Below are positions 49,901-61,900 of a stretch of 64,000 nt of DNA, in pieces (positions within the stretch are counted from its first letter, which is position 1; each line of letters starts with the position of its first letter). The DNA is from an archaeon (GTDB taxonomy: Archaea; Nanobdellota; Nanobdellia; Woesearchaeales; UBA9642): positions 1-64,000 of the forward strand of contig JAZDHK010000029.1 in the NCBI GenBank assembly GCA_043806035.1, given 5' to 3'. The notes below the pieces were generated by a model. It saw only the letters and a list, made by a program, of their open reading frames with translations. It did not search any database and had not been told where the DNA came from. A program made the translations under genes and the position numbers.

Positions 49901-52900
49901 TCTCGATAGACCACCAACAAATGGAACTATTACGACGCTACAGTACATGGTCAATGCAACCGTCTCTGATGTCAGTCCTGTCGTGAATGTGAGTTTCTGG
50001 TTCAGACCGGACAACACCTCCTCCTGGCAGCTAGCCTGCGTCGCCACGCCTTCAGGAGGGAAGGCAAACTGCACCTGGGACCTTAATGGATTGACGGAAA
50101 GCTCAACGTATGAAATCATGGCGTACGGCGAAGACATCGCCGGCAATATCGGACCGAACAGCACGCACTACAACATTACGGTAAGCCTGGGCTTGCCCAT
50201 CCTCAATAATATGCAGTGCTACAAGAGTGGTTCCTGGCAGTCATGCACCAATGTCGTCTACGACAACACCTTGGCTGGTGTCAGGGTGAACTGCACGAGT
50301 GAAGTGGCGACGATAAGCAACGTCACCTTCAACCTCACGAACATCCCTGATGCAGCACTTTACTTCATGAATACGACGACAAATTACACGGGAGGATACT
50401 TGACATTGTGGTTGAGCAGAACCATAAATGATTCGGGGCCGTTCACGCTCACCGCCCTTTGTGAGGACAACCAATCTGGGACGAGGAGCTCCTCGACAAC
50501 ATGGCTTGTCCCGTGGGGGACATTGACAGGAACATTGCTCGACCCAACAAGCCCTCTTGATGTAGTCCAAAACACGACGTTCAACTTCTCAGCAAGAGTC
50601 TCCTGCACGGGCGGCGAATGCGGAACGGCGAATGCGACGCTCGACCCGGACATAGGCTGGTGGAACAGGAACTGGAGCTACAGACAGAACGTCACCATTG
50701 TCAGCGTCGCCAACACGACGCTGCTTGAGTTTCCCATCTTCCTGTCCGTGGCAAAAGATCCGTTCATGAGTGCCAACTATTCTGACTTACGATTCTTGGA
50801 CGGGAGCTGCGGCAACACATCAGCACTGCTCGCATTCGAGATCGAGAATTATACAGACAGCGACGCCAGCATATGGGTAAGAGTCAATGTGAGTCTTGGC
50901 AATAATAGCATCTGCATGTATTACGGCAATGACAACGTATCTGCTGCCGATGACAGGACAGGGACGTGGAACAGCAACTACGCCCTCGTCTACCATATGA
51001 ACTACACGGGAGAGGACTCGACGAGCAATGCTCGAGACAGAGTCGCGAATGTCGGCGTTCCCACAAACGTCAGCGGCTATCTTGGTTATGGCCTCTCTTT
51101 CGATGGTAGAAATGATGCGTGGAGCGAGGCGAACCTTCCCTATTGGGAAACGGCGTTCAGCACGAGAACGTTTGAGGTGGTCTTCGAAACGGGCCTGGAC
51201 ATCAACACGAGACAGGTGCTCTTTGCAGAGGGCAGCACGACAAATGGCGTCATGCTCTACCTGTTGAACGGACAACTCTATGCGCGCTGGTGGTCGGAAA
51301 CGTACGGGTGGACGGGGCACTACTTCAACACGAGCGTCAACAGCAACACAAAATACCACTCCATCCTGGAATACAGGTATCCAGGAGTCATCGGGATTGA
51401 TAATTTCACCTTCTACCTGAACGGACAAGTGATAGGAACAAATCAGACATCAGCAAACATCGGAGCGCACACGGCAAACGGAGGCATTGCATACACGGGA
51501 AGCAGCAATAAAGACTTCCACGACCTCACTGGTGCGGGCTACTATTTCGCGGGCACTATGTACGAATTCAGGGCATTGGACACCACCGTTGGAAAAGAAT
51601 ACGCAAACCAGAGCTATCAGCAGCTCATCAACTACAACCAACACATCTTCTTCTCCAACCCAGAACCCCAGTCGAAAGGGACAATACCTATGCTTGCAGG
51701 AGATCCCTTCTATACGACGACGCAAAACCCGCAGGATAGCATATTCACACCCTGCCTGGACATCCTGCCGGGCAACACGTGCGATGTCTCCTGGATCGTC
51801 AACGCAACAGGTCCCATCAGTACCGTGTGGGAATTCTTCGTCATCCAGGAACCTAACTACTATGCAGGGTGGTACAATGCCAGCATTTCAAATAGGGTCA
51901 ACATCACCATCGTCGACAAGCTCAGGCCAAAAGTGCAGAGCATCTCCTGCCAGAGGAACAGCACGACATGGGTGGGCTGCAGTGCCATAGTGTATGGAAA
52001 CAACATCACTGCCGTGCGTGCGAACTGCACGTATTCCGGCGGCGAACCTATCGTAAACGCAACCTTCACTCTGCGCAACGTAAACGACAACAACACCTAC
52101 TTCAGCAATACAACCTTTGACAACACGACTGCATATTGGCTGTTGAACATAAGCCAGCTCATCCTGGACGGTGGCAATTTCTCCATCGAAGTAAATTGCA
52201 GCGCAGATGCGCCAGGAGCCATGGGCTGGAATTGGACAAACTGGACCATACCATTTGGAAAACTGCTCGGCAACTGGTACACGCCAACAACGAACGTCAA
52301 CGTCACACAACACAGGTTCAGCACGTACATACTCAACATCTCCTGCTCTGAAGGAGAATGTGGCAACATTACTGCAGAGCTCGATCCACCGACAGCGTTC
52401 GTGCTTGCAAGCATGAACTTCGAGACGCCCTCTGACTTCGCCAATTATGATACTGACTGCCCAACAAGCACAACCTGTGTCACCAGCACGCCCTGGGATG
52501 AGTTCGATAATTGCCTTGCCGGCAATGGAGGGTATGGCATTTGTTCGAGCAGCAATGCATCTGCTGTCGGCTCGAGAGGCCTCGAATGCAGAGCCTGTGA
52601 CAGGAATGATGCGTCTAATGCAGGTGGAGTGTACATCTATGTCAACAGCACGCCTTGTGGAGGCTATCCTTGCCAGTCGCTCAACCTGAGCTTCTACCAG
52701 GTCGTCGAAGGATTAGATAATGTGAACGAAGGCAGCGCAGTCCTAGTAAACGATACCGATGGCACATTGCGAATAGCCGCAAGCTGCATAGACACCGATC
52801 CCTACTGCGACTGCAACAGCATCGCTGGATGCTCGCGAGCGAACATGGGCACATATGCGCAATTCGTCACGGTAGACCTCTGCCAAGTCTTAGGCATATC

Positions 52901-55900
52901 CTGCAATGAACCGCTCACCATACGATTCACCAGCTACACTACAACAAACAATCTTGACGGGTCAGACTATCTAGCGTGGGACAACATCAGCCTCACCGGA
53001 TACGTGAATAAAGGCACCATTCCTATGGTTGATTCCACTCCGTTCTACACGACAGACCTGAATCCCATCAATGCGACGAATCTCACTTGCCTTGCGAACA
53101 TGCAATCAGGAAACTGGTGTCTCGTCAGCTGGAATGTCAACGCCACAGGACCACTATACAGCATCCATGACCTCTTCGGCATATTCAACAGCACGTACCC
53201 AATTACGAACATCACACGAAGCATCCGTGTCAACATCACAGGAAATTATCCACCTATCGTCTCATCAATCACACTTTTGCCCACTCTGCCGGTATCAACA
53301 GATAATCTTAACTGCTCATTCAAGGTAACCGATGCCAACTTCTTCGACAATCTGAGCGCGAACATCACGTTCTACGTCAATGGCACGTATTTCAACAGCA
53401 CCCTCATGAACGTCACCAGAAATATTATGTATTCTCTGTTCATCAACAACACCGAAACCTCTCCGGGAGACGTGTGGATGTGTGGCGTCACTCCCTATGA
53501 CCAGTATCTGTGGGGCAACCAGACGAACAGCAGCAACGTCTCCGTCCTGATAAGCCAACCGCCATTCATTACTACCATACAATGCCAGGAGAAGAGTACA
53601 TGGCAGAGTTGCAGCGGTGTGCAATACAATGAAGTCCTCCAGGGCGTGCGAGCAAACTGCACTGATGTCGATGGATTTGTGCGAAACGTCACGTTCTCGC
53701 TCTTCAATGTGGAGGACAACATCACCTTCTTTACCAGCACGACCATGACGAAGACCGCAGGCTACTACACGATAGGCAGCCTCAACATCAACTTCTCCAA
53801 CTCGGGAAGATACAATCTTAGCGTGCTCTGCTATGATGATGCGGACATCGGCGTCTCGAACATCTCCAACTGGACCTTGCCCTGGGGAATGTTCAATGTC
53901 TCCTGGATACAGCCGACGACAAATATCACCATGCGCCAGAACCAGACAGGAAATTTCTCAGTGCTCGTCACCTGCCTGCAAGGTGAGTGCAATAATGCAA
54001 CCGTCGTTCTCGATCCCATGCAGGCGTATCCGTACGCGTATATGGACTTCGAACCAGGCACAGATTTCAAGGTCTTTGATGGCGCATGCCCCACTTCTGC
54101 GTATACGTGCAGTGACTCCTCTCCCTGGGATGATTTTGATGACTGTCAGGAGAGTGCAACGCCGTACAGCATGTGCGTATCTACGGGTGTGAACAGCGGC
54201 AGCACGGGTGCGCGAGGTCTTGAATGTAGAGGCTGCGACAGAGCCGATGTGGGCAATGATGGAGGATTACACATTAACATCACTCCGCGATTCTGCAACG
54301 GCTACGTGTGCAGCAGCATCAACGTGTCCTATTATCAAGGCACGTATGGCCTGACACTGGCAACGCATGGCAGTGCAGTCTGGGTGCGGGATGCGGACAG
54401 TATATGGCGGCTCGTCAGCAACTGCATGAATGGTGACACGTGTGAGAGCACGACGCTCAACACCATGGGCAGCGATGCAAAATATGTCATGACCGACCTC
54501 TGCACGATATCAGGAATTGACTGTTCAGAAGAGCTTGAATTATTCTTTACCAGCAACAACACCGTCAACCATGGTTGGGGACAGTACTTCGGCTGGGACA
54601 AGATCAACATCACCGGCTATGGTGAAAAAGGAATTATTCCCATGGGTAGCGGCACGCCATTTTATACCCTGCAGGCGAATCCAGCATACCCTGCAAACTA
54701 TTCATGCCTCACGAACATGAGCCTTGGACAGAACTGCACCGTCTACTGGATCGTGAATGCGACAGGCGAACTCGGCCTGACTCATGAAGTATTTGCCTAT
54801 GCCAATAGCTCAGTCTATCCCTCGTACATTCCACAGAACCAGTCAAAACACATCTATGTGACAATAACAGGCAATGTGCTGCCGTCTGTCGTCGATGCAA
54901 TTGTTTTCCCTATCGCTCCTCTGAACGACTCTGATCTGTACTGCAACTTCACCATCACGGACACGAACTATTTTGACAGTTTAGGTGCGAACGTCACCTG
55001 GTACAGGAACAACGTTTCCTTCTCAACCGTACAAGTTGCTGCGCTCATCAATCAAGTGACCAGTGTCAACCTCACGGCAGACAATACTGAAGTCGGGGAG
55101 TACTGGCATTGTGGTGTGAAGCCTTTCGATGAGACAGGATATGGCAACCAGACGAACAGCACGGCACGGCTCATCCTTCTCTATCCACCGCCAAGCGTCG
55201 ATGTCATCGAATGCAGTGTCTCGGATGAATGGGGACCTTGCAGTAGAGCCATCTACTATACGAACATCAGCCAGGTCAGAGCAAACTGCAGCAGTGCCTT
55301 TGCCCTCACGAACGTCACGTTCAATCTGACCAATAGTCCGGACAATACCACCTATTTCAGCAACACCACCACCGATTTTGTTGATGTCTATTTCGTCCTT
55401 GATAATGACGATGTGAACATCACCGATTCAGGACAATTCACGCTTAACGTGCAATGCATGGATGAAATGAATCAGACGGCAACGAAGAATGTGAACTGGA
55501 CTGTTCCCTGGGGCAATCTCACCGGAGAGCTCTTGAGCCCTGCTACAGCCACATCTGTCCAATACCTTGACTTTTTCACATTCATTGTGAGAGTTAGCTG
55601 TTCTGGAGGAGAATGCGGTGATGTCAACGCAACACTCGACCCCTACAATGGGACAGTGCTCTATGACTTCCTTACTGGCTACACGACAGACAAGTGGCCT
55701 TACCAAGTGATCAGCAATAACAGACCACCAGAGAGCAATCCCGTCAGCAGGGTCTTACTTAGCCAGGCACAAACTGCACTTATCAATGCAACGGACAATA
55801 ATCGATGGGCAACGGGAAATCCTGGCGCGAACAGATACATCAGTCTCGACATGGTCATGGATCTCAATGAATCAAAGAGCGAGATAACCCAGCTCAAGTT

Positions 55901-58900
55901 CACGTTCGAAGGACAGCCGAACAATAATGCCAACATGAGCATCTACATCTACAATTTCAACACCAACCAATGGAATCTGGCGACGTGGCAGTTCTATACT
56001 GCGGACACGGATGCGGTCATGACCGCAACCACTACAAACATTGCAGATTACGTGAACCAGACGAGCACGGTGCGCTGGCTCGTCACGCAGAACAGGACAG
56101 CAGACATCATGCGTGTCGACTACGTCAGCCTGAACGTTACGTATCAGAAGAACAAAGGAATCATCAGCAACATTACAGGAAGCATTCCTTTCTACACCAC
56201 TGATCCCAATCCTAATGATTACACGAACATCTCCTGCCTTGCCAATCTCACTGCAGGGGAGAGCTGCAGAGTGACTTGGAACGTCAACGCCACAGGACCC
56301 ATAGGCAGCGTGCACGAATTCTTCGCCTACTTCAACGCTACGACGTACTCTTCTGTCAACGCAAGCCAAACGCCAAAAGTGAACATCACCATCTACGATG
56401 CGGCAAGCGTCCCTCCCACCGTAATATTGCTCAGCCCAGCCAACTTGAGCTATACGAATCAGGCGACGCTCAACTTCACCTGTGCAGTCAGTGACAATTA
56501 TGTGGTAGAAAATGCAACGTTGTATGCAGATTTCAACGGTACCTTCCAGGCGAACGAGTCTCGGGGGATAGGTGTAGCAGAAGCGAATGTGAGCTTCAAC
56601 AAGACACTCGCCGATGGCACGTACGTGTGGAATTGTCTCGCGTATGACAACCAAGGCAATCCCGCATGGGCATACGAGAACTGGACGGTGCACATAGACA
56701 CGCAGCCACCGTTCATTAACCTATCCGCACCAGAGAACCTCAGCAACGTCAGCGATGACGATGTCTACTTCAATTTCACCATCACGGATGAACTGTCGGA
56801 AAACTTCACATGTAACCTCACTGAAGACGGCGGCGTCAAATATCTGTACTGGAATGTCTCCAATGATACGTTCACGAGCTGGAACGTCTCCGGGAACATG
56901 CTCGGCCAGCACGAATGGTTCGTCTCCTGCATAGACCTCGCAGGCAACTATGCAGAGAGTGACACGCTGCTCTTCAACGTCCTCGACTTCCCGCCGAGCG
57001 TCTATCTCATCACGCAAGAGAATGCCAGCTTCAACATCCCCAATGTCAGCCTCTATTATAATGCGACGGATCTTATCGGTGTTATCCTTGCACGCCTTTT
57101 GCTCGATGGTGAGCTGAACGATACGCAGAACAATCCTCTGAATGGTGTTGCTGTGGCATTCAATGTCTCGGGCCTCACCGAGGGTTGGCATAATTGGACG
57201 GTGAACGTCTCGGACATCAGCAGCCTCTCCGATCAAGCAGCGCTACAGCAGTTCCTCATCGACCTCAGCATGCCCAGCATCCTGCTCAACAGTCCTCCTG
57301 ATGCGAATGTCACTAACGAAAGCCAGGTAATTGTCAACTTCACGGCATCGGACAATTATGCAGACATTCTGCTCTGCAACCTCACCGTCAATGACAACAT
57401 CCAGACAACAGACATCATTGCATACAACACCCAGCCAACGACGACGAACATGACGAGTCTGTGGGATGGCAGCAATTACTGGAATGTCACCTGCAGCGAT
57501 GATGCAGGGAACGTGAACGTCTCCGAAACAAGAGTCATCAACGTCAGTCAACCTCCTGTCGTGGTGCTCGACAGTCCTGCGGATAATCAGTCACAGCGCC
57601 TGTCCGCATTGCTTCTCTACTACACACCAACAGACAACACCAACATCAGCTCCTGTTCGCTCTATCTCGATGGTCAATGGAACCAGACCGAATGGGTCAT
57701 ACTGAACGGCGTGCAGCATAGTTTCTTCGTCGACAATCTCATCGAGGCAACGTACGAATGGAATGTGACGTGTAACGACACCATCAACCTCACTGGGTAT
57801 TCCGAGACAAGAAGATTCACCGTTGATCGGACAGGACCCATCATCACGCTCATAAGCCCGGGATTGGGCGATACGTGGTACGGCAAGATGACGAATTTCA
57901 CATTCAACGCGACGGACAATGTCGGCAAGAACATAACCTGCAATCTCACCGTCGATGATACGCTGCAGCTCTACAATCAAACAATCGACAACGGGTCTAC
58001 CGTGACGTTCAATACGACGATAACGAATGAAGGCACGCACTACTGGAACGTCTCCTGTACCGATCCTGTGGGGAATAGCAACACCAGTGAGACGTGGTGG
58101 TATCAGAGCTTCAACCCACCATCAGTAACGCTCGTCCAACCCACGCCGAATGCGCTCTACAATGCCAGCACGACCATCTTCCTCTACATCCCCTCTGACG
58201 AGAATCTCACGCTCGCCATATTGGTCATTGATGGAGTGAACAACGAGACGAACACGTCGCTTATATCTGATGTCGAGAACAGCTTCACCGTCTCTTTGCC
58301 TGATGGTGTCCATACCTGGACGGTCAATGTTACGGACAACAACAGCCTCTCTACCATCCCTGCAGCGGTGACCTTCACTATCGACACAACTCCTCCTGAT
58401 ATTGTCATGAATACCCCTTTGCAGGATGATGTTCTGACGTGGAACAACGTCCTGTTCAGCTTTAACGTCAGCGATGTGCTGAGCAGCGCCATGCTTTGCA
58501 CCATTACCATTAATGACGCTCCGGTCTTCGAGAACATCCCTGCAAGCAATGGCAGCACTATCACCCGATACAAGAACTTCACGGACGGTAACTATAACTG
58601 GTCGGTGCTGTGCAAGGACTCGGCGAACAACACCCACCAGCACGAGCTTGTTAATTTCAGTGTGGAGGCACCCCCCACTATCACGCTTAACTCCCCGACA
58701 GACAATGCGCGACTGAAGACAACGACGCCGACATTCGATTATACGCCATCGGACTTTTTTGGCATCACGAACTGCACGCTCTACATCAACGGTACTGAGA
58801 ACGGCACGAACAGCAGCATCACGCCTAACGTCCCCAACTACTTCACGCGGACGCTCCTCGAAGGGGACTATTATTGGACGGTCATCTGCATCGATGCATA

Positions 58901-61900
58901 CGATGACAATCCAGGAACGGCACCTGCTGAGAACTTCACCCTCGATATCTCTGGGCCAAGCATCGTACTCGACCAGCCAGACCCGGACACAACGTTTAAT
59001 CAGGATTTCGTCTTCTTCAACTGGACCGCAACAGACTATTCTGTGCTGATCACGTGCAATCTCAGCATCGATGGAGCGGTGAACGTATCAGGACTGAATG
59101 CAGTAAGCCCTGCACTGCTCAACACCACGGTCTTCTCATTCCCTGCCGGCAATCACACGTGGAATGTGACGTGTTGGGATGATCTGATGAACGTCCAGCA
59201 ATCTGAGAACAGGACATTCACCATCAACAACCCTGACCTGATCATCAATGCGTCAGCAATCTCTTTCAACGAGACGAACCCGAGAGAGAATGCGACACTC
59301 ACCATCTCTGCGAACGTCAGCAACATCGGCGGCACGAATGCGCAGGATGTCCTTGTGCAGTTTTTCGATAACGGCGTGCAGATCAGCAACAGCACGAACA
59401 ACATTACCTATAATTCGAGCAAGGTCTTCACTGCACTCTGGAACATCACCCGAGAATTCCACGACATCACTGTCGTCATTGATCCCCTTGATACCATCAC
59501 TGAGCTTGACGAGGACAACAATAATGCGACAACCAACATGACGTTGCTCATCTCCGAAATCCTCGATCCCCAGAATGATACGTGGATGAACCAGCTGAGC
59601 ACGGCATTCACGGTCCGCATCGCTGACTTCACTGGAACACTGCTCGACTACACTGCATACATTGATGGCAACAGCAACGAATCAGGAACGGCAAACGATA
59701 ATGAGAGTTTCATCCTCAACCTCGACTTCTTTGAAGGGACGCACATCGTGACGGTAGAAGCACGTGATGGGTTGTCGAGACGAAGGAATGCAACCCCACT
59801 CACCATACACGTCGATGTCACGCCGCCATCACCGAACATCACCTTGCCCAACATGAGCTGGTTCAACACCACCACGCCGAACATTACCTTTATCGTCAGA
59901 GATAATGCAGACCTGAGCATCAACTATACGTTCTACCTGAACGATACTATCATCGATGCAAACGTCACCGCGAACAACACGCCAAACTATGTTATCCTAC
60001 CCTCAAGACCTGAAGGGGCGTACGTGCTCATCCTCGAAGCGATTGACGAAGCAGGCAATGCCGCAAACACAACACCTTTCACCTACTTCATAGATACTAC
60101 TCCTCCTGATATCGTTCTCGACAAGCCAGATCAGGGAGCGAATTTCAGCACGAGAAATGTCACGCTGAACTTCACCCTCACGGACAACCTTGCACCGAAC
60201 GCCACGTATGCTCTCATCCTTGACACGGGAGAGGTTGCGCAAGGGACTATAGACGTCCCTGCACTCCTCGAGTACAATGCGACCGACCTGGTTGAAGGTG
60301 TGCACTTCTGGAACGTCACTGCCCGTGATGCCGCGAACAATTCGAACAGTTCAGTGACACGAGACTTCGGCGTGTACATCGCACCCATCATCACGCTGAT
60401 CTCACCGCCTAACGATTCTTGGACGAACAATGCTACGGTCACGTTCTTCTTCAACCTCACGGAAGAGACAGGACTGGAGAATTGCAGTGTCATGATTGAG
60501 GGAGGCAGCATCGCCACCAAACAAGGTGACGAATTGAACACGATCGGAACGAATAACATCACAGCAGTTCTCCCCGATGGGCAGCAGAACTGGTCCATCC
60601 GGTGCTATGATAACACGAGCATGTACGTCATGGCTTCGTCAGAGGAAAGGACGCTCAATGTCGACACAAGCCCTCCTGAAGCAGCATTCATCACACTAAA
60701 CGAATCATGGTATAATGCAACTCCCGTCAACATCAGCTTCACCCTGAGTGATGATCAGGCATTGCAGCTCAACTACACCATCTATGTTGCAGGACAGGTG
60801 AATGCAACAGGACAGGTGGACAATGCAACACCCTCATGGGATCTGCTCTCCTTGGCAGAAGGCTACCATGCGCTCATCTTGGAGGCGACTGACTGGGCAT
60901 TGAACAGGTACAACACGACACCCTTGCTCGTCATCGTCGACCTCAACGCCCCGAACATCACACTCCACGAACCACTGCCAGGCAACATGACCGATAATGA
61001 GAATGTCACCTTCAACTTTACAATCACTGATGCCATTGTCGAGAACATCTCGTGCAGCCTCCTTGTATCAGGGAATGACAGCATCAACCTCACCGTCACG
61101 AATAACACTGTCAGCAACTACACGTTCTACAACCTCTCTGCAGGACTGCATTATTGGAACGTGACGTGCTGGGACTATGTCAACAACACGCAAACATCAT
61201 CAACGAGAAATTTCACCATTCCCCGACCTGACCTTGAAGTGAATGCGGCATTCATCACCACCAACAATACTTGGCCGAAGGAGAACGAGACCATCATGAT
61301 AAATGCGACCGTGCGGAACATAGGCAATACTGCAGCAGGCGCGTTCATCGTCCAATTCTTCAGAACACACCCGAACAACAGCATGCAAATAGGAGACAAT
61401 GTAACAATAGACAGCCTCGCGCCGGGAGAGAACGTGACGCTGAACATCACCTACACGACTATTCTCGGCATCAATGACATCTATGTCCTTGCAGATGCAC
61501 CGCTGCCAACTGGACAAGTCGTGGAAGAGAATGAAAGCAATAACCTCAACCATAAGATCATCGATGTCAGCAGCTGGAACTTCATCTCCGGCAACACGTC
61601 AGGTCTCATTGCCCTGACCAATCTTGGCAATGACACTATCTTTACGTGGAATGTTGAGAACATCACGGGCAGCATCATCTATGTCATAGACGCGGATAGC
61701 GCCATCCATTGGACGAACCTCACCGCTCTCGGAAGAAGGACGAATGGAGTAAGCAACGTCGCTGATTTCCTGACTCTTGACAGCATACTCGATCTTACGA
61801 ACAACTCTGACAGCATAAACAAGACCTATACGAGTGCAGGACTGCCTTTGTTGGAGAGGAACATGACTTTGTATGATAAGACTGTGCTGAACATTCCGCA

